A stretch of 64,000 nucleotides of DNA from Eledone cirrhosa (taxonomy: Eukaryota), in contig OZ024746.1 of the NCBI GenBank assembly GCA_964016885.1, positions 19,902,001 to 19,966,000 of the forward strand, read 5' to 3'. The notes under the pieces are model-generated. The model saw only the letters and a list, made by a program, of their open reading frames with translations. It was not told the DNA's origin and did no database searches. Every line of letters starts with the position of its first letter. Position 1 is the first letter of the stretch. The position numbers and the translations under genes are program-made. Positions 26,553 to 40,632 of the stretch are shown here, piece after piece.

Positions 26553-26758
26553 TCTGAATTTGTTTAGCAAGATTCTTTATCTGAAAACGTGTGTTGAAAC
26601 CGATATTGTTATACTTTGGGAGGGTCATGTTGCCAATAAGAAACACACGCACCAGTTGTTTCACTTCAATTTACTATAAAGTAAAAAAAATTTTAATTTA
26701 TAATAATTGGAGCGAAAGCAACTGGTGCGTGTGTTTCTTATTGGCAACATGACCCTCC
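26548..26758. mobile_element. PLE terminal fragment with foldback
   Basis: Matches 56356-56490 and 40745-40822; 26619-26680 is inverted at 26697-26758. Confidence 0.75.
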
Positions 26759-26789
26759 TCACTTCCTCCCGTTTGGCTAGTAGTGGGTT

Positions 26790-27115
26790 CTCTTCTTGCT
26801 CACATCTCACTCACGTCGGACGGTCTGTATCTCGATCGCTCATGAAATCCACCCAGCGTATGCTGACCGGATAACCATGTTGCTTGTTTATTCCCATCTT
26901 TGCGTTGCTTTCATCCTTTTATGTTGTTTACTTGTCTCACTCGCTTTACGCGATTTACTTGTCCCAATAGCTTTATTTAGCTATTGCTCGCACCAACCTG
27001 AGGTATATGATTTTTAATGCGATGAAATATCAATGATGGTTGGCAAATCACTGACGAAGGACTATTTTTATCATATGTAACCCATGTGCAACCACGCAGT
27101 ATTCTTCTTTCTTCT
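26790..27115. repeat. dispersed element, inverted homolog at 37640-37955
   Basis: Shared CACCCAGC.TATGCTGAC.G.ATAACCATGTTGCTTGT ... GGCAAATCACTGA.GAAGGACT. Confidence 0.7.
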
Positions 27116-27121
27116 CATGTT

Positions 27122-27237
<116 letters not shown>

Positions 27238-27286
27238 CATGAAACACAAGTCAATAGGTTATAATTCACTTCGTTTATTTATAATC

Positions 27287-27346
27287 GTTGTTATATATAT
27301 TTCGGTGATAACTGTTATGCAACAGTTATGACCTCATCAGACAGCC
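27287..27346 (-). ncRNA. minimal type I hammerhead ribozyme with long stem II
   Basis: TGT-CTGATGA-GGT c ATAACTGTT gcat AACAGTTAT c ACC-GAAA-TATATA-TA-ACA. Confidence 0.65.
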
Positions 27347-27554
27347 AGAAGTTGAATAGAAAAACAAAAAAACATAAAGAAGAAATAAAGCTTTCCTCTG
27401 TTGTTTCCATTCATTGATATGCCCCGGGCTGATATTTGGTGTTACTTTCTCAAAGCAGTCGCCCGTGAGTAAAAGTAAACGGAAACAAGAAAGCAAACAA
27501 CACAGTACAATAAAGAAATTTATTAGCTTAAAGCTTGATATAGTAGGAAAAGAG

Positions 27555-27590
27555 TCTTTACGTTTCGGACACTAGTCCTTCATCAGAAGA
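27555..27590 (-). ncRNA. minimal type I hammerhead ribozyme
   Basis: TCTT-CTGATGA-A-GGAC tagt GTCC-GAAA-C-GTA-AAGA; palindromic ACGT stem III. Confidence 0.78.
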
Positions 27591-27682
27591 GAGAATGAGA
27601 AATAAAGGATGAAACAGAGAGTGAGAAGAGAAAGGAATGAAAACAATTTTTTATTTAGAAAAAAACACATTTTGAAGAAAAT

Positions 27683-27802
27683 ATGTGTGTGTGTGTGTGT
27701 GTGCGTGTGTGTGTGTGTGTGTATGCGTGTGTGTATGCGTGTGTGTGTGTGAGTGTGCATGTGTGTGCGTGCGCGAGTGTATGTGTGCGTGTGCATGTGT
27801 GC

Positions 27803-27851
<49 letters not shown>

Positions 27852-27989
27852 TGTGTGTGTGTGTGAGTGTGTGTGTGTGTGTGTGTGTGCATGTTTGTGC
27901 GTGTGTGTGCGTGAAGCATTACATGACTGAAATGAAATGGCAACAACGCCACTCGGTTTGTGCGTGTGTGTGTGAGTGTGCATGTGTGC

Positions 27990-28049
<60 letters not shown>

Positions 28050-28112
28050 ATGTTTGTGCGTGTGTGTGCGTGAAGCATTACATGACTGAAATGAAATGGC
28101 AACAACGCCACT
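27683..28112. repeat. (TG)n microsatellite with ~140-bp tandem duplication
   Basis: GAAGCATTACATGACTGAAATGAAATGGCAACAACGCCACTCG occurs twice within TG repeats. Confidence 0.9.
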
Positions 28113-28460
28113 CGATTTACTCAGCTATCATCATGTATGTTTGCCCTTAAACTAATGTATGTACGTTTTCAGGTTTTAATCACGCAATCGGCTTTACATA
28201 TGTCGTTTTGAAGAAGGCTTAGGAAAACAGCTAAATGATGTCAACAAAAGAGATGGAAAACGTTTCGCCCAATGCCCACGAGGCAATCTTCATAAATTAC
28301 AAGTAATTATAGCAATTACTGAATAATGTCATGTTACCATCTACCAATCCTTTTTTTTCTGCGACATATTTTTTTTATAGTTCTATTGTTCTTTCTCTTT
28401 TCTTTCTTTCTTTTTTTGGGGGAAGTATTTTTATTTGCTTATTTTGAGAAATTTAACAAA

Positions 28461-28498
<38 letters not shown>

Positions 28499-28524
28499 AT
28501 AACGACAACAATAATAATGATAAT

Positions 28525-28687
28525 AATTGTTTCTACTTTAGGCACAAGGCCAGCAATTACCCAGTGCATTACTGGTACTTTATTTTATCGACCCCGTAAG
28601 GATGAAAGGCAAAGTCAACCTCGGCGGGATTTGAACTCAGATCATAAAGGGACGTAACTATGCTGGAAAGCATGGTGTCCGACCCTC
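28525..28687 (-). mobile_element. SINE family A
   Basis: Reverse complement of consensus, 5' end interrupted. Confidence 0.8.
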
Positions 28688-28810
28688 ATGATTTCTTTAT
28701 TGGCCACAAGGGCTGACATCAAGAAAAACATTACAGACGGCACAGGACGGTACAGGACGGTTTGATGTGGCTTTTGTGCGTGTAAATATTTTTATTATTT
28801 TATAAGAAAA

Positions 28811-29003
28811 GGGCGGTGGATTGGCAGTATCGGTAGAGGGTCGGGCGCCATGCTTTGAAGCATATAGTTACCTCCCTTTATGATCTGAGTTCAAATCCCG
28901 CCGAGGTTAACTTTGCCTTTCATCCTTATGGGGTCGATAAAATAAAGTACCAGTAATGCACTGGCATAATTGCTGGCCTGGTGCCAAAAGTAGAAACAAT
29001 TAT
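28811..29003 (+). mobile_element. SINE family A, full length
   Basis: GGCGGTGGATTGGCAGTATCGG...GAGTTCAAATCC...GTAGAAACAATTATT. Confidence 0.85.
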
Positions 29004-29019
29004 TTTATAAGAAAAGAAA

Positions 29020-29434
29020 AAAAGACATAGAAACATATATATATAAATAATAAAAATGAAAATTGAAACAATGAAAAATTCCCCAATAGGGGGGAAACCT
29101 CCGAGGGTTACTCGTGGCGAAAACCACACAAAAGACCACGGTCACCCTGACTACCAGGGCAAGCGCCCTCTCTCAATTTTTCCATCTCTCAAACTACAGA
29201 CGTATATTCAGAGCGGTCCCGTTCACTCGGACCATTCTCGCTACATTCACCCACCTTTCAACAAACTTGCTAGAAGGCAGCACTTGCCTCTCCACCCTGA
29301 TTTTCCTCTTCAAGTGAAACTTGAAAAAGTTAATTAGGGATTCGCCGAAGAGGAAAGTGTCTGTCTTTAACCCTTTCAACCTTGTCCACCGCACAATCTC
29401 TTTCGCCATCGCCACCAGGCAGATGAAAACCGCC
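29020..29434 (-). mobile_element. L1/Tx1 3' fragment
   Basis: ORF 29194..29415 homologous to the C-terminus of 45703..46494. Confidence 0.8.
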
Positions 29435-29879
29435 TAATAATGATGTTTTCTTTATTGATCACAAAGGGTTTACATAAAAAAATAAATGACGATACAATGT
29501 GGGTTTCTGTGTGTAAAAATGAGTATAAAACAAAAACAAAGGATGCAAAAAGAAAAAAAAGAAGAAATAATAATGAAAGAATTATTTAAACGCATCCAGA
29601 AAGGGTAACACTGCAAAAGTTACCATGTTAGAATGGGTGGGACGGAATGTAAATTGTTAAAATGGAAAGCTAACTGGCGTTTATTCTATTAGAATATATA
29701 ACAGAGACGCCCTCTACTTGACAAGAAAAAAAACCCCATAAAAACAACAAAAGACAAAAAATATTAGTTTAACTTGTATTAACATATGTAATGCAGGAAT
29801 GATTAAATAGTAGGCTTGAGATAATTTTTCGATGTGGAACAAAGGAACATTAGTGAATGGCTGATATTATTACAGAAAA

Positions 29880-30060
29880 GGCGGTGGATTGGCAGTATCG
29901 GTAGAGGGTCGGATGCCATGCTTTGAAGCATAGAGTTACCTCCCTGTATGATCTGAGTTCAAATCCGACCGAGGTTAACTTTGCCTTTCATCCTTCCGGG
30001 GTCGATAAAATAAAGTACCAGTAATGCACTGGCCTTGTGCCAAAAGTAGAAACAATTATT
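29880..30060 (+). mobile_element. SINE family A
   Basis: Matches 28811-29003. Confidence 0.85.
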
Positions 30061-30129
30061 ACAGAAAATGGAAGAGACAAATCTGGAGATGTATCGGTCT
30101 TGTTATGACCTCATCAGCGACCACATCAG

Positions 30130-31000
30130 CTTCCTCTTCTTCTTCATCAACCACTTATTCCTAAGAGGGTCGTGGGGGCAGAGTCCTCAAACACTCCTTC
30201 CAGCGGATTCTGTCAGAAGCAACCGTCTCATACGGCTGGATCTCCATGCGTGAACAGCCAAGCTCATGAATGTTATCCAACCATCTTGCTCGTGGTCTAT
30301 ACTGGATCTCTTGCCGGTTGGTTTTGCCCGTAAAATCGGTTCAGCAATTCTTTCTTGAGATATACTAACCACATACCCATAGTATCGGAGCTGTGATCTC
30401 TCAATTCGCAGAAGTAGTGGCTCTACCCAAAGTGATTTTCTGATCTCCGAGTTACACACTTTATCGAGTAACGTTACTCCAAAGACCCTTCGGAGGAATC
30501 CTATTTCGGCCGCTTGTTTTCGCGATAGCATTCTTTCAGTCATGACCCAAGATTTATGACCATAGGTAAGGGTTGGCACGAAAACCGAATTGAAGATAGC
30601 GAGTTTGCCCTCCACGCCTACCTTCCTTCCCCCAATTACCGAACGCTGAAGCTGGGGCATTACTGCAGCAGCTCCTGCAATTCTTGCACTTAATTCAGCC
30701 ATCTGCCTTCCATCACTCGTTAACACAGCCCCAAGATACTTGAACCTTTCCACCTGCTTCAGTGGAACTTCATTCACATGTAGAGTGCACTGCGCAGGCT
30801 TCCATTGAGAGGACGAGTGTCTCAGTTTTCGCAGCACTGATTTTCATTCCAGCGATGCAACACTCGACATCAAACCTATCAAGTGCAAATCGAAGATCAT
30901 CTTCTGTCGAGTTAAGTAACACGATGTCGTCTGCAAATTCCAACCGACTGATTGTACACCTGCCAGTCATGATACCACTTCCACCTCAGCTGCAACCACA
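30130..31000 (-). mobile_element. RTE-clade LINE fragment (RT C-terminal half and 3' end)
   Basis: LEFADDIVLL, FKYLGAVL, PTLTYG..SW, QLRYYG; (GAA)n tail. Confidence 0.85.
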
Positions 31001-31483
31001 TTAGCGACACATTAGTTTCACCGCAATTCACAGTCTCGCAATTATTTATCCCCCAAACAATTCAATTCGTGCATTTACTTAATGATTCTTTCATCATGAC
31101 TTCAATAGATATGATGAAATCTATGGTTCACTGATGAGGTCATAATAAGAATGAAACAAGTCCAAAGCTGTTTTCTGAACTTTCCGCTATAATTAAAACA
31201 ATAGTAGACATTGACAAATATTATTATTATTTTCAACTTTTTTTTACTGCTCTTTCCATTAAGCATGTTTACACCAACTTAACTTATCTAATTTTATTAA
31301 CTAAGTATTTGATGAAATATAACTAAACCGATGATAGAATGTATAGCTATTGCTCTGTTTCATTTAAACAGTGATATGTCGGTCTATGTAAATCCTTATT
31401 CAATGTTTTCCCCTTTCATCCCCGTTTATAGTATGTATGTATGTATGTATGTATGTATGTATGTATGTATGTATGTATGTATG

Positions 31484-31655
31484 TACCATGGGCCCAGCAC
31501 TATGTGTCAATAATTGTCACAAGTGTAGTGTTTGTACCAGAGTCTTCAAGTCGCTGGCTGGACTAAAAAGTCACACTCGTTCAGCGCATTGGTAGGAGTT
31601 CTCCTACATGGATATAAAGTAGTGTCGGTACTCGAAAACGAGTTGGCAACCACCA
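31484..31655 (+). mobile_element. 3' half of bipartite RTE-derived element
   Basis: Matches 5230-5402; embedded in (ATGT)n. Confidence 0.75.
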
Positions 31656-31680
31656 TGTATGTACGTATGTACGTATGTAT

Positions 31681-32083
31681 GTTCTTCTGGTTTTATAATT
31701 TCACAAATTTTTACCAATAGAGAGAGAGTTTGTTTCTAACATAGACACAAGACTCTCTCATTGGAATTTACACAACATCAACTAGATAGATTATGTACGC
31801 ATGTCTGCATGCATGCATATCTAGATATGGATGTTATTGTATGTGTGGATGTGTATGTTTTGAGTTGTATGTGTGCATGTGTATATGCTTTGTATCTGTA
31901 CACGTATATATGCAGTTATTAGATGCAAAATTTTTGGAATGTTTTACATATTTTTACTGTTCCATTAATGGATTGTACTTATAATTTCCTAACTAGTTGT
32001 GTTCTTTCTGTTCCTGTGAAGCCCAGTTTCTCAAGATTTGTACTGAGGCAGTTAATAACATATCCCAGTGCCCCAATAATCAC
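31681..32083 (-). mobile_element. R4/Dong-like 3' fragment
   Basis: VIIGALGYV..CL.TNLEKLGF and full 3'UTR; (ATGT)n on both sides. Confidence 0.8.
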
Positions 32084-32349
32084 TGTATGTATGTATGTAT
32101 GTATGTATGTATGTATGTATGTATGTATGTATGTATGTATGTATGTATGTATGTATGTATGTATGTATGTATGTATGTGTGTGTGTATATGCATGTATGC
32201 TCATTCGAAAGAAATGTGATGATTTCTTGCGAATGAAATAGTTCTAGTCCTGTAGAAGTAATTTATTTCTATAATAAAATAAAGATGCCTATACTTACGT
32301 ATTGAGTACCTTTGTTAACTGTAGTTACCTCCCACTGTACAATGGGAAT

Positions 32350-32505
32350 CCACCGAATTTGCAGAGTCGTTAGAACGCCGGATAGAATGCTTTGCGGTAT
32401 TCGTTGTGATTCTCTGAACCCTGAGTTCAAATCCCGCCGAGGTCAACTTTGCCTTTCATCCATTCGACGTTGATATAAAAAGTACTAGTCTAGTACTGGG
32501 CTCGA
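32350..32505 (+). mobile_element. older SINE family A variant
   Basis: GAGTTCAAATCCCGCCGAGGTCAACTTTGCCTTTCATCC. Confidence 0.7.
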
Positions 32506-32734
32506 TTCTTCCTCGATATCTCTTTCTCACTTCCTCTGTCTCACTTACTATCTTTCTCTGGAAGAAATCTGCTATATTCAGACCTGGAGAGGAGAAACGC
32601 CGTGTGCCAATATGGCGCCCATACGACTCCCTCGTGCAGGTATGAGTGGACATGAAAAACTTAACTTTATTCTGCTGGAGATGCTAGTATGTGTCAGCTG
32701 TCCACAGCTAGTTTACTGTTCATGCTTCAAGCGG

Positions 32735-33035
32735 CATGACCATATTCCCATTCCGCGGTGGCAAACCCCTCATCTGGGATGCCACTTGCACCGACACTTT
32801 CTCCAGCCGCTACCTGGTGCAGTCTGCGATTAACCCAGGTTCTGCTGCACGTCAACTCCACCTTAGTCTTCTTTGAGGAGTCTCTGGGCGTTGACGAAAA
32901 TCAACTAGCCACTCTTTTCCAGAAGATTTTCGGTCCAGGCCCATGGACAACTTCTAGAAATCCCTGGCTTGGTAGTGCTACCGACGAGCTTTGCTATTTC
33001 GAAATAAACTCTACAGGCATGGAAGTGCCGTCAGT
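32735..33035 (+). mobile_element. adjacent CRE-like (32735-32855) and Tx1-like (32870-33035) fragments
   Basis: First part matches 47160-47280; second encodes EESLGVDENQLATLFQKIFGP, similar to 45900-46020. Confidence 0.6.
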
Positions 33036-33119
33036 CGGGCCTCTCCGAGGGGCACGCAGGGCGTCGAAACCGAGGTTAGTTTTGCCTTTCATTGTTAAGG
33101 AGTCGATAAAATACCAGTA

Positions 33120-33262
33120 ACACACGTTACACATGCTGAGTGGACAGGAGTAACGTGAAATAAAGAGTGTTTTCTCAATGACACATCGAGCTGCCTGTTC
33201 TGGAAACCGAACCCATGACATTAGGATTGTAAGCTTGACCGACATCCCCACGAGGCCACGTG
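33120..33262 (-). mobile_element. SINE family B head fragment
   Basis: Minus strand GTGGCCTCGTGG..GGGTTCGGTTTCC..GTGTCATTGAGAAAACAC. Confidence 0.55.
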
Positions 33263-33826
33263 TCTTCACAAACATACATATACATACATACGCATGCGCA
33301 TACTCGAGTATGCGTCCTGGAAAAATATTTCTTGCGTTTCGAAAATTATGTATCGTAACCTAGCCTTGTAGAATTCTGTTTGTTTCTATTTACATTGACA
33401 ATAATCGCCAAATATATATATTTCAAAATCAAGTATAAAGTTTTTATGTATATACTATTAGATAGCCATCCATTGATTTCGGAAAGAATGTTATTCTATT
33501 CTATTGAAAAGATCGTTTTGTTATATGTTATTATCAACGCTATTTTAAAACCTGCTTTGCATTCCTTTCTTGCTCGTCATGTTTACCCCGTACTTTGTAT
33601 ATTGAGCTATCCGTCTAATCCATTCTCTCACATATATAGTTATTTTATGTTCTGCTTGAAAAATCTGGTCTTTAACTTTACGAAACACCAGCGCTAACAT
33701 GCTATCTTAAAGATATAGTTTTGGCGGTGTCGGTGTTTTGAGTCAGCTTATTTTGTTTTCATTTTAAAATAGTATTCTCCTGCAATAGCCACCAGTGAGC
33801 GGTACAACAATGTGTGTGTGTATGTT

Positions 33827-34245
33827 ATGTCAGGCCGGTCTCGAGCGCTACTGGTAACATGTAACCCAGTACAACCTATCTCATGGTCGGGTCGTCGGCG
33901 ACTAAACCGGCAACCCGTTAAGCTTGCTTGGTGAGGAGGGTAATATTTGGACACCCTGCAGGATGAAATGCAAGACCCGGCAAAGGGCGGAGGAATTCAG
34001 CAGAGTCAACGGCCATCCAAATAGTACTTTTTTTTATATACCTGGGAGTGAAATGCCCCCAGTTGTTGTCACAACACCTTTCTAAGAGAGGGAAACTTTG
34101 GAAAATAAACCTGCGGCTTCGTAAGCATCCAATGATGTTGACCAGTTCTCCTTTTCGAGTAGTGTTTTTTATGCTCAGAGAGTGGGATTGGTCGAGTGCA
34201 AGGCCTTTCCCCACTTAAAAAACCTTCAAAGCACAGACATTGCTT
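33827..34245 (+). mobile_element. diverged RTE-type 5'UTR
   Basis: Colinear with the 5' part of 21588-21190 (minus strand). Confidence 0.65.
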
Positions 34246-34259
34246 GTTCAGGATATGTT

Positions 34260-34715
34260 ACAGGTTCGTGTGGCTGACCGTAGCCTAAAAGTGCACCAAA
34301 CTCTATAATCTGACAAGCTCCTTCTACTTGCCCCTTCTACTTGCATTGTTATATTTTTTTTATCCAAGCATCATTCTTCATATGCATCACATGCCCATAC
34401 GAGCACAGTCACCCCCTTCCCTCGTACACTAGATCACGTTTATGCACTGTCATCCAGTCACGCTGGCATTACACATCCAGTGAAAGACACCTCATTTCTT
34501 TCCGACCAACACATATTTTCAACCACTTAAAGCTCCCATCGTTGCTAACATACATCATACAATAACAAAAGCACCATACAGTCTGTTTTTTACTCGGAGA
34601 GTGAATCCCTTGGTTGTTAATTTTTAACCCCATTCCTACTGTGGTTACTATGTTTCAGAACACCCATCTCCACTGCCGATTTGGTCACCTTGGTAGCAAT
34701 ACCTATTAATTACTT
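34260..34715 (-). mobile_element. degenerate RTE RT fragment
   Basis: Manual translation gives YQGDQIGSGDGCSE and TKGFTLRVKNRLYGA, typical of RTE thumb region. Confidence 0.5.
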
Positions 34716-36002
34716 CTAACGGGTTTACTGCGGGTTTACTGAAATCAATCTTCTGCGGGTTTACTGAAATCAATCACATGAAAAGTAGCACATTGTTAAA
34801 AAAATTAACAGATTATCTTAAAAAGGTAGTCCACACTGAAAATATTGTTAGGAAATTCCAACTCTTATTAATAACTGCATTGTTTCTTTTCAGGGACTAT
34901 GCTGAAAAATAAACCTCATTTGTTCATTCCATAAACTTTTGAGTCGGCCCTCGTATAAATGCTGCTAGTTGCTGTTCTAATTTTGTTATGTTGGGAAAAT
35001 AGCTTTGATAGTTTGGTGCGAATTTGATGTTAATGCTACACTGTTATTTTAATGTGTAGCTACAGAAATGTGCTTTGTTAAATCGTTTTTGTGAACTCAT
35101 ATTTCAACAATTTACATAAAGCTGTATACCTAAAACCTGTTTACTTCTGTTTTCTAGTTTCAAAATTGTGGATCAATTAGGAAGGATTTTTTGCAGCATT
35201 TACTCATTGTGTAAATTGGTCTTCTTTTTCGTTTTCTTTTTCTTCTTCTTTCCTTCCAGCGGGTCCCGTCAGAATCAACCGTCTCCAATTGATCTTGATT
35301 GACAATTTCAGAATTCGTTCCGTCATTTCTATTACTGTGTTAAGCGATAACATGATACGATTACGTCAACTGACATGCTTTGTCTCAGCAGCTGATATTT
35401 ATGTTTGCCAACTCATTATTTGCTTTGCACTTTCTGTTATATTTCCCATGAAGATCAATATCTAGACAAAACAGAATGACGAAGTTTTATCATTATTTGT
35501 GTCACTTGGATTGGAGTTTGGTTAGGTCAATAGCTTGTGAAGTTTAACTGTTTGTTACTACTATTCATATGAATTTGTGGGTGGTACCAGCATTAGAGAG
35601 ATGTTGATATGAACCGAAGCAAATCAAGGTGCGGTGTTTTGTATACAGACACTGAGATACTGTCCAGATTTTTTTATATTGTTCACTTTATTTCTTAAAT
35701 ATTAATTCGTAATATTTTTATTATGAGAAAAAGAAGTGGTCATTATTGGATTTCCTAAGAAGATTATACAAAATATTCTCTCTCTATTTTATCTTTTGTG
35801 TCATTTGTCTTGAGAGTGCAAGACATTGCCTATATATATATAAATCAGAATGGATGCAGTAAAAACCTGTTAGACCATTACACACCAGAGTACTCGGTAC
35901 TTGGGGTAGAAGAGTGTGCTAATATGAAGTACTTCCGAACTGATACGGAATTAGCCGTTGAAACGGCTGGAGCTCAGCCGTCGGGGTCCCGAGTCCTACA
36001 TA

Positions 36003-38427
<2,425 letters not shown>

Positions 38428-38766
38428 AGACAAGACTGGCAGAATGTCGGTTGACAGCCTGCCAAACTACATCCAGGCAATGCAACCCCACATCACTAAC
38501 ACAAGAGAGGTAACACCACAGGAGCATGAGGATAGAGGAAAAGCCCTCAATGCCCATATGGTGATGTGGACGAATATAATGCAGCCCAACAAAAGGACTG
38601 CCAACAACTTCCAGGCCTGGAACAATGACGTGCCGGCGTTGTATGGGCTTCGAAAAGACCATAAAACGGGCTGTGACCACCAACACGGCCAGTCTGTGGG
38701 GCTAACATTGCTAGTAACTACAGACTGTCCTACTTCCTCTCCCTGATCATACGCCCCATCATTGAA

Positions 38767-39774
38767 ATGTCCCCAGATGTATGTGACAGCACGGAGGACC
38801 TCCTCAGCAGAATCGGCGTGAGTAACCGATCTGGGGACCTAACAAACTGCATAATAGGCAGTATGGATGTTGTGTCCCTGTATCCATCTATTGACGTGGA
38901 TTTTGCTGTGGAGAAATGCGTAGAAAAGATCAGTGAGAGCAAGGTTGAGTTCCGTGGGATTGATACCAGTGAGCTGGGACTCCTACTTAAGCTTACCTAT
39001 AGTAATAGTTACCTAGACACATATGACCTTAGCAATCTGTGCCCTACAAGACCAGCAAGAGGCAGACCACCTACCATTACCTCAATGGCCAAGAAAACCC
39101 ACACAGATAGATGGAACGGGTGGACCAGAGCCATACGGACACCCGAAAACCACGATGAACTGAAGAAAATGATTGCACATGCGGTAGGGGCCAGCATAAA
39201 ACTAACCCTTAAGGAACATATGTTCAAATTTAATGGAAAAACATATGCCCAAGAGGAAGGAGCAGCCATTGGTGTTAGCATTGCAGGCGACATAGCTAAC
39301 TTATCCATGGTATGGTGGGACAGTAGACTTAAACTTAAACTTAAAGAACAATTAGAAGACCCCTTAACCCTGATAATGTACTCCCGCTACGTAGATGATA
39401 TAAACATCGTAGTTAAGACACCCCCACTAGAGAACAGTCAGGAACTAGAGAAAAACACAATGGAAAGCATCCAGCAAATAGCAAACTCCATCCACCAGAG
39501 CATTAGAGTTACTATAGACTACCCAAGTAAACACCCCAACCATCGATTACCTGTACTAGACACAGAGCTCTGGTTAGATACCATTAACAACAAAAAACAA
39601 ATCCTCCATTCCCATTATGCCAAACATATGACTTCCAAACATCTGATCCACCGAAACTCGGCCATTTCGGACCATACCAAAATCAACATACTGATTGCGG
39701 ATTTGGTACGGGTGATGAGAGAGATAAAATCAGAGTGTATAGAGGAGCCAGAACCAAATGGGAAAAAATGGTAA
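38767..39774 (+). CDS. PLE reverse transcriptase core (part of a frameshifted ORF beginning near 38430)
   Basis: Motif A DVVSLYPSI, motif B' GAAIG, motif C YVDD. Confidence 0.88.
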   Translation: MSPDVCDSTEDLLSRIGVSNRSGDLTNCIIGSMDVVSLYPSIDVDFAVEKCVEKISESKVEFRGIDTSELGLLLKLTYSNSYLDTYDLSNLCPTRPARGRPPTITSMAKKTHTDRWNGWTRAIRTPENHDELKKMIAHAVGASIKLTLKEHMFKFNGKTYAQEEGAAIGVSIAGDIANLSMVWWDSRLKLKLKEQLEDPLTLIMYSRYVDDINIVVKTPPLENSQELEKNTMESIQQIANSIHQSIRVTIDYPSKHPNHRLPVLDTELWLDTINNKKQILHSHYAKHMTSKHLIHRNSAISDHTKINILIADLVRVMREIKSECIEEPEPNGKKW

Positions 39775-40430
39775 ATAATGACATAAATGGGACCTGCCCC
39801 TTGTATAGGAGCAAATTTTGGAATAGAATAGAAAGAACTAGGAACAAGGCTAATAGAATAAACTCATGGTATGATAGCAATAAATACCAGAGTGTAGTGT
39901 TCATCAATACAACCCCTAGAGGTGAATTAGCTTACAAATTTAGAAGGGCCCTAAATAAACATAAACTCAATATTAAGATAGTAGAAAGACCAGGTACCTC
40001 CGTAAAAACACTTATTAGCAAGACATACCCTTTTCAAAGACCCTCATGTATAGATAAGAAATGTATAACCTGTAAAATAAGCCCCCATATTAACTGTAAA
40101 ACTAGAAATGTAGTGTATAGCATAAGATGTACTGAAGGACAATGTAGAGACAAAAATATAGTGTACATAGGTGAGACAGCTCGTAGTGTAGGGGAACGGA
40201 TAAATGAACACTGGCGAGACCTTCAAGATAATAAAGAATCATCTGTACTCTACCAACATGCTAAGATAGAACACAAGGGTAAATTAGAGAACATAGAAAT
40301 AAAAATAGAATCTACACACAGAAAAGACGCAATGTTTGGACAAATTACAGAGGCAATAAACATAAAAGAATTACAACCAAAATTAAATAGAAAATATGAG
40401 TGGAACAGCAACATCACAACTTACAATTAA
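39735..40430 (+). CDS. PLE linker and GIY-YIG endonuclease (frameshifted continuation)
   Basis: CIDKKCITC..NC, NVVYSIRC..C..VYIGETARSVGERINEH, QH...H, EA..I....P.LN. Confidence 0.88.
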   Translation: MYRGARTKWEKMVNNDINGTCPLYRSKFWNRIERTRNKANRINSWYDSNKYQSVVFINTTPRGELAYKFRRALNKHKLNIKIVERPGTSVKTLISKTYPFQRPSCIDKKCITCKISPHINCKTRNVVYSIRCTEGQCRDKNIVYIGETARSVGERINEHWRDLQDNKESSVLYQHAKIEHKGKLENIEIKIESTHRKDAMFGQITEAINIKELQPKLNRKYEWNSNITTYN

Positions 40431-40632
40431 GGACAAAATGAAAACACACACACACACATAGAACAAACAACCAACCAGTAACATGTAAATAAACAAATAA
40501 ATAAATGAACATAAACACACACAGACACCCGGATGTGGCGCATGCGCAGACTGAGCACACAACACACACACAGAAACAAAATGGCGTAGGACAGAACAAA
40601 GGAGAGGCACAGAAACAAAGAAAGGAATCCCC

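Noticed and set aside
27045-27100. Hammerhead at CTGACGAAGG (and at 37670-37705)
   Set aside because: Neither copy has GAAA or stem III at the expected position
28255-28300. Hammerhead ATGAAGA...GAAACGTT (minus)
   Set aside because: Core C is mutated and stem I does not pair; at most a decayed relic
38670-38690. TGA upstream of PPTRPVC as a selenocysteine codon (as in Naiad PLEs)
   Set aside because: The upstream conserved KDHK motif is in a different frame, so this is a frameshift; no other in-frame UGA at Cys positions
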